Notes: a model not told the origin generated them from the sequence alone. 64,000 nucleotides of DNA from an uncultured Chloroflexia bacterium (GCA_963828165.1 CAWHDR010000001.1:1888001-1952000), one strand, 5' to 3'; positions 48,654 through 59,000 are shown, counted from the first letter of the stretch. Translations and numbers: made by a program.

Positions 48654-49592
48654 TCAGTCGGGAGGGTTCGGCGAGCCCAGCGCGGCAGCCGCCAGGTCCG
48701 CCACGGCGTCGACCGTCTTCGCGAGATCGCCCCCGCTCCCGGTCATGACCGCGGTCGCCCCGAACCCGAGTATCGGCTTGCCGCTCGCGGCGATGACCCG
48801 GATCGCCTCGGTGGCCGTGGCCAGGGCCAGGCCATCCGGCTCGGGTGTCGCGACGGCCCAGCCCTCGGCGCTGTCGAGGACGTCGAGATCGAATGCGATG
48901 TACCACCCGTCGATCCGGCTCGCGACCGACGTGCTCCAGCCGGCGACCGCGGCTCGTCCGGCCTCGCCCGCAAGCATCCCGGCGCCGAAGTGCGCGACCG
49001 GGCTCGAGGCGAGCATCCGGGACTCGGCCTCGTCGAGGACCTGGCCGCCGAACAGCCCGGCGTTCGCTGCATCCACGGTCGGACCGTCGACGGCGGCGAC
49101 GAGATCGGGATCGCCACGGCCACACGCCATCGCGAACGGCATGCCCCAGACGTTGCCCGACGGGGTCGTATCCGGTGTGTTGAAGTCGCCGTGCGCGTCG
49201 AACCACGCCAGCCCGAGGCGGATCCCCGGTCGTGACCGCCGGATCCCGGCCAGGGCCCCGGCGTGGCTGGTGCAGTCGCCACCGAGCACGAGCAGCTGCG
49301 CCCCGTCCCCGCCGGCGGCGAGCCCGTCGGCCACGTGGCCCGCCAGCCTCGGCAGGTACTCGAGCAGGAGCCCGCGGTTCTTCATTCGCGGGTCGGGATC
49401 AGGCGCCCAACCCGGGTCGTTGATGGCGTCCCCGCGATCCAGGACCGGTCGGTCCGCTGTGGCGCGGCGAGTCGCGAGGAGGTCCTGCAACCCGTGCGCG
49501 CGGAACTCGGTGGGCGTACGTTCCATGCCCGCGAAATGGCCGCCCAGCGCGGTCGGCGAACCGACGACGACGATGGGGTCGATCCTTGGCAT
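48654..49592 (-). CDS. Arginase/ureohydrolase family protein
   Basis: LGGDCT, WFDAHGDFNTPDTTPSG..WGMP and FDLDVLD motifs; ATG 49592 with TATGCT 6 nt upstream. Confidence 0.88.
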   Translation of the reverse strand: MPRIDPIVVVGSPTALGGHFAGMERTPTEFRAHGLQDLLATRRATADRPVLDRGDAINDPGWAPDPDPRMKNRGLLLEYLPRLAGHVADGLAAGGDGAQLLVLGGDCTSHAGALAGIRRSRPGIRLGLAWFDAHGDFNTPDTTPSGNVWGMPFAMACGRGDPDLVAAVDGPTVDAANAGLFGGQVLDEAESRMLASSPVAHFGAGMLAGEAGRAAVAGWSTSVASRIDGWYIAFDLDVLDSAEGWAVATPEPDGLALATATEAIRVIAASGKPILGFGATAVMTGSGGDLAKTVDAVADLAAAALGSPNPPD

Positions 49593-49667
49593 CCCGAGAG
49601 CATAGGTGCTTGCGGCGGCCCCCGGGCCGTGCCCACGGGCCGCGAGCCCGTCCGCCACAATCGCGAG

Positions 49668-50792
49668 ATGCGCATCGCCGACTTCGCCCTGGAGCGCTAC
49701 TTCGCCCGCTGGGAGTTCTCCGTCCAGCACCTGCTCTGCGCCTCGGACGTGCAGGGCTATCCGATGAGCGACCTCCTCGCCCTGGCCGACGACGAGACCC
49801 GCGCCCTGTGGGACGGCCTGACCCTGGGGTACTCGGAATCGAGCGGTCACCCGCTCCTGCGCCGCGAGATCGCCGCGCTGTACGACGGCCTCGCGCCCGA
49901 GGACGTGCTCGTCTTCGCCGGGGCCGAGGAGGGGATCTTCTGTCTCGCCAACGTGCTGCTTGGGCCAGGCGACCATGCCGTCGTGACGTGGCCCGGCTAT
50001 CAGAGCCTCTACGAGATCGGCCGGGCGACCGGGGCGGACGTGACCCTGCACGAACTGCGAGAGGACGCCGGCTGGGCGCTCGATCTGGAGCTCATCCGCC
50101 GGCAGGTCACATCCGCGACCAGGCTCATCGTCGTGAACGCGCCCCACAACCCCACCGGCATGCAGCCGGACCGGTCCACGTTCGATGGCCTCGTGTCCAT
50201 CGCCGAGGAAGCCGGTGCCTACCTGCTGCTGGACGAGGTCTATCGATTCCTCGAGTTCGACGAGGGCGATCGTCTTCCGGCAGCCGCCGACGCGACTGAC
50301 CGCGGCATCTCGCTGGGAGTCATGTCGAAATCCTTCGCGCTGGCCGGGCTGCGCATCGGCTGGCTCGCCACGCACGATCGCGGCCTGCTCGAACGCTGCG
50401 CGTCATTCAAGGATTACACGACCATCTGCGCCTCGGCGCCGTCGGAGATCCTCGCGATCATCGGGCTTCGTGCGCGCGAGACGGTCCTGGACCGGTCCCG
50501 TGGGATCGTCGCCGCGAACATGGAGCGGCTGGACACGTTCTTCGAGGAGTGGGCGGACCGCTTCACCTGGGTGCGCCCGCGGGCCGGATCGATCGGGTTC
50601 CCACGGCTGACCGTGCCGGGCGTCGGTATCGACGATTGGGCTGCCGGGCTGGTCGAAACGGAGGGTGTCCTGCTGCTGCCGGGCTCGCAGTTCGGCTTCG
50701 GCGGGAACCACTTCCGGTTGGGCTTCGGGCGGACCGACCTGCCGGAGGCCCTCGAGCGGCTCGAAGGGTACGCGGCCCGGACGCTTCGCTGA
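49668..50792 (+). CDS. PLP-dependent class I/II aminotransferase-like enzyme (VioD/CmnD-related subfamily)
   Basis: FALERYF, LGYSE..G, NAPHNPTG, DEVY and SKSFALAGLRIGW (PLP Lys) motifs; CACAAT 6 nt upstream. Confidence 0.88.
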   Translation: MRIADFALERYFARWEFSVQHLLCASDVQGYPMSDLLALADDETRALWDGLTLGYSESSGHPLLRREIAALYDGLAPEDVLVFAGAEEGIFCLANVLLGPGDHAVVTWPGYQSLYEIGRATGADVTLHELREDAGWALDLELIRRQVTSATRLIVVNAPHNPTGMQPDRSTFDGLVSIAEEAGAYLLLDEVYRFLEFDEGDRLPAAADATDRGISLGVMSKSFALAGLRIGWLATHDRGLLERCASFKDYTTICASAPSEILAIIGLRARETVLDRSRGIVAANMERLDTFFEEWADRFTWVRPRAGSIGFPRLTVPGVGIDDWAAGLVETEGVLLLPGSQFGFGGNHFRLGFGRTDLPEALERLEGYAARTLR

Positions 50793-50825
50793 CCGTGCCG
50801 CGCCCGTCGGCGCGCATCACCGAAA

Positions 50826-51032
50826 CCATCCGTACCCCCCTCGGCTTCACCACGTCCCGGACGTTTGGATGGGGCTCGGGCAGGACTTGCACCGACGCAC
50901 CGTTGCGTCGAGGAACCGTCCTGCCCGAGCCCCCGAACCGAGGCGACTACTTTCTCCCTTCGGGGTGGGGGGTATTCAGTCCTAGTCTGCGGAGCCCGTC
51001 GGGGGACGGTTGCCTGGATCGAATGACCCAGG
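50826..51032. other. Highly structured intergenic element with a perfect 16-bp inverted repeat and nested/alternative stems
   Basis: GGGGCTCGGGCAGGAC (50871-50886) pairs with GTCCTGCCCGAGCCCC (50918-50933); inner CGACGCA/TGCGTCG; outer TACCCCCC/GGGGGGTA; alternative AACCGTCC/GGACGGTT. Confidence 0.65.
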
Positions 51033-51056
51033 GCTGTCACCGGGAGATACGCCAAA

Positions 51057-52743
51057 GTGCGACCGCAGTCGAGCCGATCGAAGCGAGCGAGAACCGGGTT
51101 GTTCGTCGCCCTCGTGTCGGCCGCGCTCTGCGCATTGACGGTCGCGCCCGCGACGCCGTTCGCGGCCTCGAGCGTCATCGCCGCCGGTGTCCCGACGTAC
51201 GTCGACGTCTCACCTGAGCACGGGACAGGCCCGGTCGGTGGCACGGTCACGCTGACCGCCCGCGTGTACGACGACGACGAGGTCCTGTCGACGGGCTCGT
51301 CCAGCCACGTGCGGTTCTGGTTCACGTCGGGTGATCCCAACGACATCGATAGCCCAGGCAGCAGCCCGGACCTCGATTGCCACACAGGCTCCACTGGGAT
51401 CTGCACCGTTTCGTACGTCGCCGCGGTCGGAGGTACGGACACGATCTGCGCCGTGATCGGCGGCAACCAGTCGCAGTGTGCTGAGTCGATCAACGCGCCC
51501 GAGCTCGACGATCGCGTCGATGTGGTCGAGCACACCTCCGGTGGTGCCGGCCCGACGCCCACACCCACACCAACGCCCACACCCACCCCAACGCCCACCC
51601 CTACGCCCACACCCACACCATCGCCCACCCCTACGCCGACGCCGAGCCCGACTCCTTCTCCGACGCCTACGCCGACGCCCACCCCGACGCCGACGCCGAC
51701 GCCGAGCCCGACGCCCTCGCCCACGCCATCGCCGACGCCGAGCCCGACGCCGTCGCCGACCCCCAGCCCGACGCCTAGCCCGACGCCCTCGCCCACGCCA
51801 TCGCCGACGCCGAGCCCGACGCCGTCGCCGACCCCCAGCCCGACGCCGTCGCCCACGCCCGACGCCCTCGCCCACGCCCTCGCCGACGCCGAGCCCGACG
51901 CCGTCGCCGACCCCCAGCCCGACGCCCGTCGCCGACCCCCAGCCCGACGCCGTCGCCCACACCTTCGCCGACCCCGACCCGACGCCCTCGCCCACGGCTT
52001 CGCCGACGCCCACGCCTAGCCCGACGCCCTCGCCGACGCCGAGCCCGACGCCGTCGCCGACCCCCAGCCCGACGCCGTCGCCCACACCTTCGCCGACGCC
52101 ATCGCCGACGCCCAGCCCGACGCCGTCGCCCACACCTTCGCCGACGCCGTCACCCACACCTTCGCCGGACCCGACGCCCGCGCCCACGCCCGACCCGACG
52201 CCATCGCCGACCCCCGGCCCGACGCCGTCACCGGAACCGACCCCCGGCCCGACGCCCACGCCTGACCCCACACCGGGCCCGACGTCGTCGCCCGGCGCGG
52301 ATCCATCCCCCACGCCAACGCCGACTCCCACGCCGACTCCCACGCCGTCGCCAACCCCGACGCCGACGCCCCTGCCAACCGCCACGCCGACACCCACGCC
52401 TTCGCCGCAAGCTGGTGGAGCCCCGACCGGCGGAGGCACCACGACGCCGCCAGACGGCGGATCGAGTTCCTCTCAGGCCACTGGCGGACCCGTGCGGTTC
52501 GAGCCGCAGGCCTTCGTCGGCGCGGTCGTCACCGAAGTCGTCAAGGGTGTGAGGACCGCGGTCAAGCCGGAAGCGGCTTCGGCCATCGCCCAGACATTCG
52601 GGTTCCCACTCGCCTTGATGCTCGCCGTCTTCTTCTTCCTGATGATGCAGGGGCGCATGGACGAGCGCGATCCAAAGCTTCGTCGGGCCCCGCTCACCGC
52701 TGCCGAAACCACTGTCCTCTTCGTCAATGAGGCCGACGCCTGA
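51057..52743 (+). CDS. Surface protein: signal peptide, Ig-like domain, long Pro/Thr/Ser stalk and C-terminal TM; frameshifted within the repeat
   Basis: The N-part is in ORF 51057..52019 and the C-part ([28 protein letters not shown]) is in ORF 51478..52743; the repeat register changes near 51860, 51927 and 51975. Confidence 0.75.
51550..52405 (+). repeat. About 850-bp degenerate 6/12-bp tandem repeat encoding (PT)n and (PSPT)n
   Basis: Recurrent ccgacg/ccgtcg/cccagc/cccacg units. Confidence 0.9.
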
Positions 52744-55220
52744 TGCATACCTCCGAACGCCTCGAATATGCCGCCCTCAGCGACCGCATGACCGCGCTTG
52801 TGCTCCTTCGTCTCGGGATGGCCGTCATCGTTGCGGGCTGGGCCATCATCCGGCCCGAGATCCTGGGCATCGACCTCGTCCAGCTCGTCACCGTCAGTGG
52901 CGTCTACGCCGCGGTGGCGGTGGCCAATGAATTGGCCCGACGGACGTCGAGGCGACGCGGATTGCCGCTCATCACGGTGATGATCCTGCTCGATGGTCTG
53001 TTCCTCGCCTGGGCGATGTACGTGACCGGCGGCACCCAGAGCCCGCTCCGCTTCCTTGTGTACCTGCATTTGGTCGCCGTCTCGTTGCTCGCCTCCTACC
53101 GCACCGGCCTCAAGCTGGCCCTCTGGGACTCCCTGCTGCTCCTGGTCGTGTTGTACGCGCAGGCCGCACTGCTCGTCCCCGCCGTCGACGTCGTGGCCGG
53201 GGCGGCCATCGAATTCGAGCGCATGCCCCTCCTCAACGTGATGTCGTTCCTGTTGTTCGCGCTGGCGACATCGGTCTTCTCCGCGATGAATGAGCGGGAG
53301 CTTCGCCACCGCCGGGCCGATCTCCAGACCATGGTCGACATCGGCGCCAGGCTCGACGACATGACGGATCCCGTCCGGCAATCCGCCACCGTCCTCGACG
53401 GGCTCGCCGAGCGATTCGGGTTCACCCGCGGCGTCGTTTTGGGCGCATCCGACGACCAGATGATCATCCTCGCTGCGATCGGCAGCGACCACGTGCCCAC
53501 CGTCACGTCGCGGCCCGACGCGATCGTGGCCCGCGCCTGGGAGCGTCGCGAGATCCTCGCGGTCCGCGAGCTGGAACCCGCACTCGATCCGATCCTGTCC
53601 GACGTCATGCCCGGCGCGAGGAACCTCCTCGTCGCGCCGATGATCGCGGACGGCCGGGCCATCGGGGCCATCGTCGTCGAGCACCCGTCAGGGAAGATCC
53701 GAGGCGTGGACCGCCGCATCATGGCGGTCCTGGGACAAGCCTGCGCGATCGCCGCATTGAACCTGCGAAACGCCGTGTTGCTGCGCGACGTCCAGGACCT
53801 TGCGGAGCGTGATTCCCTGACGGGTGCCGCCAACCGACGGATGTTCCAGATGAGCCTCGAGCGCGTCGTCGCCGCGCCGCCCAACCCCGAGCAGACGGTG
53901 ACCGCGGTCCTGTTCGTGGATCTCGACGACTTCAAGGTGGTGAATGACACGCTCGGCCACGCGGCGGGCGACGCCCTGCTGCAGGCCGTCACCGAGCGGA
54001 TCTCCGCCTCGGTCCGCTCGGACGATCTCGTTGCCCGGCTCGGTGGCGACGAGTTCGCGATCCTGACCGACGACGCGCCCGACCTCAAGCGCTCTCTTGC
54101 GATGGCCGAACGCCTGACGCGCGAACTGCGGATGCCCTATTCCGTCAACGACCGCAGCGTGAGCGTGAGCGCCAGCATCGGAATCGCGAGCGCGCGCGAC
54201 GGGACGGACTCGGCCGACGACGTCGTCCGAAACGCCGACGTGGCGATGTACATGGCCAAGGCGAACGGCAAGGCCGGATTCGCGGTCTTCGATCCCGGCA
54301 TGCACACCGCGATCCGTGACCGCCATGAGCTTGGTGCGCAACTCCAACACGCCGTCGACCTCGGCCAGCTGCGCCTCGTGTATCAGCCCATCATCGATCT
54401 CCGCAACGGCGTCCTCGCCGGTGTCGAAGCCCTCGTCCGCTGGCAGCATCCGGAGCGCGGCCTCGTCACGCCCGGCGAATTCATCGAGATCGCCGAAGAG
54501 AACGGCGCGATCCTGCCGATCGGCCGGTGGGTCCTGCGCGAGGCCTGCCGTGAGGCGAGCGGCTGGTCCGCGCTGGACCCGGACACCTTCCTGTGCGTCA
54601 ACGTCTCCGCCCGCGAGATCCAGCAACCCGGCTTCGTGGAAGCGGTCCAGGAAGCCCTCGCCGAAGCTGGCATGGCCGCCGCGCGGCTCAGCCTCGAGAT
54701 CACCGAGACCGCGCTGCTGAAGGCGACGCCGTCCACGATCGCCACGCTCGAAGCGCTCCGCGACCTCGGGGTGAGTGTCGTCATCGATGACTTCGGGACC
54801 GGCTACTTCTCCCTCAGCCACCTGCGCCAGTTCCCCGTCGACGTCCTCAAGATCGCGAGCGAGTTCGTCCAGGTTCCCGACAGTGATTCGAAGACGGCCG
54901 CACTCGCCGGGGCGATCGTGGCGATGGGCCGATCCCTGGAGATCAAGACCGTCGCCGAAGGGATCGAGACGGCGGAGCAAGCGGCCCGCATGCGCGACCT
55001 TGGCTGTGCGTACGGGCAGGGCTACTTCTTTGCGAAGCCCATCGCAGCCGACCTCGTCGCCGGTGGGATCTTCCCGGTCGCCGAGGTCCCGGCGGTGGGC
55101 GCTCACACCGACGGATCCGCCGACGCCGGAGCCTCGCCTGCGCAGCCGGCCTTCCGCTGGCCGTTCGGCGGTCCCACGCGCCGCCGGATCGTACCGAACG
55201 CCGGGAGCAGCCCCGCCTGA
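52743..55220 (+). CDS. Membrane-bound GAF-GGDEF-EAL protein (diguanylate cyclase/phosphodiesterase)
   Basis: 5-6 N-terminal TMs; GAF (LLVAPM...IGAIVV); DSLTG, DLDDFK.VNDTLGH, RLGGDEF; YQP, EALVRW, EITE, DDFGTGY, AEGIE and QGY motifs; TGATG coupling. Confidence 0.95.
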   Translation: MHTSERLEYAALSDRMTALVLLRLGMAVIVAGWAIIRPEILGIDLVQLVTVSGVYAAVAVANELARRTSRRRGLPLITVMILLDGLFLAWAMYVTGGTQSPLRFLVYLHLVAVSLLASYRTGLKLALWDSLLLLVVLYAQAALLVPAVDVVAGAAIEFERMPLLNVMSFLLFALATSVFSAMNERELRHRRADLQTMVDIGARLDDMTDPVRQSATVLDGLAERFGFTRGVVLGASDDQMIILAAIGSDHVPTVTSRPDAIVARAWERREILAVRELEPALDPILSDVMPGARNLLVAPMIADGRAIGAIVVEHPSGKIRGVDRRIMAVLGQACAIAALNLRNAVLLRDVQDLAERDSLTGAANRRMFQMSLERVVAAPPNPEQTVTAVLFVDLDDFKVVNDTLGHAAGDALLQAVTERISASVRSDDLVARLGGDEFAILTDDAPDLKRSLAMAERLTRELRMPYSVNDRSVSVSASIGIASARDGTDSADDVVRNADVAMYMAKANGKAGFAVFDPGMHTAIRDRHELGAQLQHAVDLGQLRLVYQPIIDLRNGVLAGVEALVRWQHPERGLVTPGEFIEIAEENGAILPIGRWVLREACREASGWSALDPDTFLCVNVSAREIQQPGFVEAVQEALAEAGMAAARLSLEITETALLKATPSTIATLEALRDLGVSVVIDDFGTGYFSLSHLRQFPVDVLKIASEFVQVPDSDSKTAALAGAIVAMGRSLEIKTVAEGIETAEQAARMRDLGCAYGQGYFFAKPIAADLVAGGIFPVAEVPAVGAHTDGSADAGASPAQPAFRWPFGGPTRRRIVPNAGSSPA

Positions 55221-55278
55221 TCGTTCCGGACAGACTCGAGCCCGTCCCCTGGGCACGCCAGAAGAGCGCCGCGCCCCG

Positions 55279-55926
55279 CTAGGTCGCGAGGCCCTGGCCG
55301 AGGAGCCTCGAACGCCATCCCTCGAGCCCAAGCGCCAGCGGTTCCCCGAGCCGATCGAGTCGGCTGCGCCGAGGCTCGGCCAGGGACGCAGAGCCTGTCG
55401 CCGCGACGCGTCGTGCGGCCGATGGCACCGACCGCGGTGTCGTCCGACCGTGCCAGGCCAGCGCCCGAACGGGGACCAGCCGGATCACCTGGGCGTACGT
55501 GCGCGCGAACTGGGCTGGCGTGAGGTCCAGCGCGCGGAGGCGGTCGGCGTACTTGGCCTCGAACCCCACGGGCAGGCCCGCCGCCGGGGCAACGAAGACC
55601 TCCGCCCGGGCCTCCAGAAGGCCGACGTCGAAATCGTCATCGGCGTCGCCCATGGCGAGCATCGCGCGCGGGTCCGCGCGCAGGTTGCGGACCTTGACGG
55701 CGCCGGGCTTCGACATGATGACGATCGCCTCGCCGTCCCAGACGAACCAGGTCGGGACCAGGTGCGGAGCGCCATCAGCCCGAATCGACGATAGCCAGAT
55801 CACCGGTTCCGTCTCGAGGAACCGGCGCACCCGTGCCGCGGCGAGGTCGGTGGTGTCCATGGCCGCAGCATCGGTGGGAGGGGCGTCGGCGGCCGCGGAC
55901 GACCGTCGCGGACCGAACATGGACAT
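55279..55926 (-). CDS. Pyridoxamine 5'-phosphate oxidase-like (PPOX/FDOR, possibly F420-binding) protein
   Basis: WLSSIRADGAPHLVPTWF, KVRNLRADPR and KY motifs; start uncertain (55926, 55920 or 55860). Confidence 0.8.
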   Translation of the reverse strand: MSMFGPRRSSAAADAPPTDAAAMDTTDLAAARVRRFLETEPVIWLSSIRADGAPHLVPTWFVWDGEAIVIMSKPGAVKVRNLRADPRAMLAMGDADDDFDVGLLEARAEVFVAPAAGLPVGFEAKYADRLRALDLTPAQFARTYAQVIRLVPVRALAWHGRTTPRSVPSAARRVAATGSASLAEPRRSRLDRLGEPLALGLEGWRSRLLGQGLAT

Positions 55927-56004
55927 CCGTCGATACCGGCCGGCGACCGTATACTCGGCCCCGCTCGGCTGCTCGCCGACGCAACCCCCGGAGACCCTGC
56001 CCTG

Positions 56005-59000
56005 ATGTCGTCGCTCGTCGCCATGGTCCAGGTGAGCCTCCGCCGCTCCCGGGCCGCGTGGCCGATCGTCGCGTCGGCCGGGCTGATCTGCCTCCTTGCC
56101 GCGAGCCTGCTCGCCGCCGGCCCGATGTACGCGGGTGCCGTGGCCATCGCCGGGCTCCAACGCGTCATGACCGATGCGCCGGTCTCCGAGGCGAACGTCG
56201 AGGTCTCGATGCGCCTCGACCCGGAGGCCGCTGCGGCCGCCGACCGCGTCGTCGCGCCCGAGCTGGAACGTGCACTCGGCGACGTGGGAGGGACGATCCT
56301 GCGGGCTGGACGCTCGGACTCCTTCGGGCTTCCCGGGCCGGCATCCGGTCCCCGGACGGACCTGATCGAAGTCGGGTTCGCCGATGGCATCGAAGACCAT
56401 GCCACGCTCGTCGCCGGGTCATGGCCGGTCCCCGTCTCGGTCGAGGAGGCAGCCGCCGAGACCGCCATCCCCGGAGCCGTCTCCGAGCCCGTCGCCGAGT
56501 CACTCGGACTGGCGGTCGGAGACGCGATCCGCCTGCCGAGCCGGATCGACCCGGACTTCATCGCGTCGGTGACGGTCGCCGCGATCTTCCGGATCGACGA
56601 CCCGTCCGACCCGTTCTGGTGGGACGACCCGCAGGTGCTCGATGGTCGCGTCACGAGTGAGCGCTTCGAGACCTACGGACCGTTCTTCACGACGCCCGAG
56701 CGGTTCGGCACCCGTGCGGCGGCCGGCCGAGCGCAGTTCACCTGGCGCGCGCGGCCGAACTTCGAAGCGCTGACCCTCGAGGGGGCACCAGGGCTCAGGG
56801 TCCGCGTCGGCCAGCTCGGGGGACGCCTCGGGTCATCCATGGAAGGCGTCCCCGTGACGGTGACCTCGAGCCTGCCGGACATCATCGCGGCCGCTGAGCG
56901 CTCGCTGCTGGCCAGCCGGACCGGGGTCCTGTTGCTGACGGTGCAGTTCGTCGTGCTCGCCGCGTATGCCGTGCTGCTGAGCGCTGCCCTGCTGGTCGAG
57001 CATCGCCGGATCGATACCGCGATGCTCCGATCACGCGGCGCCGGTCCGGCGCGGATCGCCGGACTCGCCCTCGTCGAAGGGCTCCTGCTGACGCTGCCCG
57101 CGACGATCGCCGCGCCGTGGCTCGCGGCGGCCGCCCTCCAGGCCTTCAACGTCGGGGGGCCGCTCACGGAGATCGGGCTGCGGATCCAGCCCGTCGTGAC
57201 CGGCGAGTCATACCTGGCTGCCGCAGCCGCCGCCGCCGCGTGCCTGGTGGCTCTGCTCCTGCCCGCGCTGCCCACCGTCCGGTCCTTCGCGTCCGTGCAC
57301 GGCAGTGTGACCCGCGCGGAGACGCGCTCACTCGGGACGCGACTGGGCCTCGACCTGGCGCTCCTGGCTGTGGCCGGTCTCGGGCTCTGGCAACTGCGGC
57401 ATTACGGTGCGCCGCTGACGCGCTCCGTGCAGGGCTCGCTCGGCATCGACCCGCTGCTCGTCGCGACGCCGGCCATCGGATTCCTCGCCGGCGCCATCCT
57501 GGCGCTGCGCGTCATCCCGATCATCGCCGCCCTGATCGAGCGGGCCACAGCACGGGGACGTGGACTGGTCACGTCGCTCGGATCACGCCAGCTTGCCCGG
57601 CGGCCGCTGCGCTATACCCGCGCTGCGCTGCTGTTGATGCTGGCCATGGCGATGGGCGTGTTCGCCATCACCTACACGTGGACCTGGTCGACGTCGCAGC
57701 ACGATCAGGCGACGTTCCAGGTCGGCGCCGACGCGCGCGTCGAACCACGCCGACTTTTCGGCGGGCTGCCGGGTTGGGCGCTGGGTCGCGCGTATGCCGC
57801 AATTCCCGGCCTCACCGCCCGCACGCCGATCGACCGCGAGCCCGTGCCCGTTGCCGCCAGCGACGCCAGCGGCGAGATCGTCGGTCTCGATGCCACGACC
57901 GCGGGGTCGGTGGTCGTCCTGCGACCAGATCTGGCCGTGACGCCGATCGCCGAACTCCTGCGGCCGTTGGCCGCGGAACGGCCGGCGCTCGAGTCGGTAC
58001 AGCTGCCTGGCGAGCCAAGCGCACTCCTCCTGGAAGTCGACCTGGCGATCGACGCCCTGCGACAGCCCGAGACCAGCGAGGACACAGACGAGCTCGAGAT
58101 GGTCCCGGTCGACCCGGCCCAGTATGCCGACGTGCCCGCGCTCGGCGTCTCGGTCGTCCTGCGTGATGCGGACGGCCACCTGCATCGGTTCGGAGGCGAC
58201 CTCGGAACCCTCGGCGGAAGCCCGGTTCATCTGAACGTGCCGCTCGGCGATGCGCGTTTCCCGGCGGACTCAACCTTCAGCTATCCACTGGAGCTCCTCG
58301 CGATCGAGGTCCAGCTTCTCCTGCCGGAAGGACTCGAAGCGACGGAGGCGACGCTGACGGTGCCATGGATCCACGTGATCGCGAACGGTACGGAGGAACC
58401 CGTGCCGCTCACCCTGGAGCGGGGATGGCGCACCACGTCGTCGGTGTACGGCCTGCCGCACGGCGCGGTCGACGCCAGCAACACCGGGACGGAGCTGAAG
58501 GTCCAGACCGGGATACGCGGGATGCAGATCATCCGCGGCGTCGATCGCTTCGGGCGCGGGACGGTCGTGACGTTCGCTCCGGTCGCGCTCGACGGGGTCG
58601 GTGTCGACCCGATCCCGGTCGTGGCGACCGACCCCTATCTCGAGGCGACCGGCGGCGCCATCGGCGACGAGCTGCACGTGCAGCTCGCCGGCATCGATCG
58701 TCGGGTCGTCGTCGTCGGCGCGATCCGTGCGTTCCCGACGGTGGATCCATCGAAGCCGCTACTGCTCATGGACTACGAGACGCTGGCACTCCTGCGGTTC
58801 GAGGGCAGCGACGCCGTGGCTCCGGCGCAGGAATGGTGGTTCGCCGTCGACCCGTCGCAGCACGAGGCCACGATCGATCGCCTCCGTGACCCGTCGCTTG
58901 GAAGCCGCTCGGTCGTGAGCCTGGTCGAGCGCAACCGAGCGCTGGCGACGGACCCGGTCGCGCTCGGGATCATCGGCGTCCTGAGCATCGGTGTCGTGGC

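Noticed and set aside
50821-50880. c-di-GMP-I riboswitch (GAAACCATCC...GGATGGGGC resemblance)
   Set aside because: Lacks the GNRA-capped P2, the GCAAAG linker and the P3 receptor; kept only as an unknown structured element.
51550-52405. Repeat array as a possible CRISPR, or as the minus-strand (GV)n/(GDGVGL)n ORFs
   Set aside because: Short degenerate codon-level repeats with no unique spacers and no cas genes; the plus-strand PT frame connects to a signal peptide and a TM anchor.
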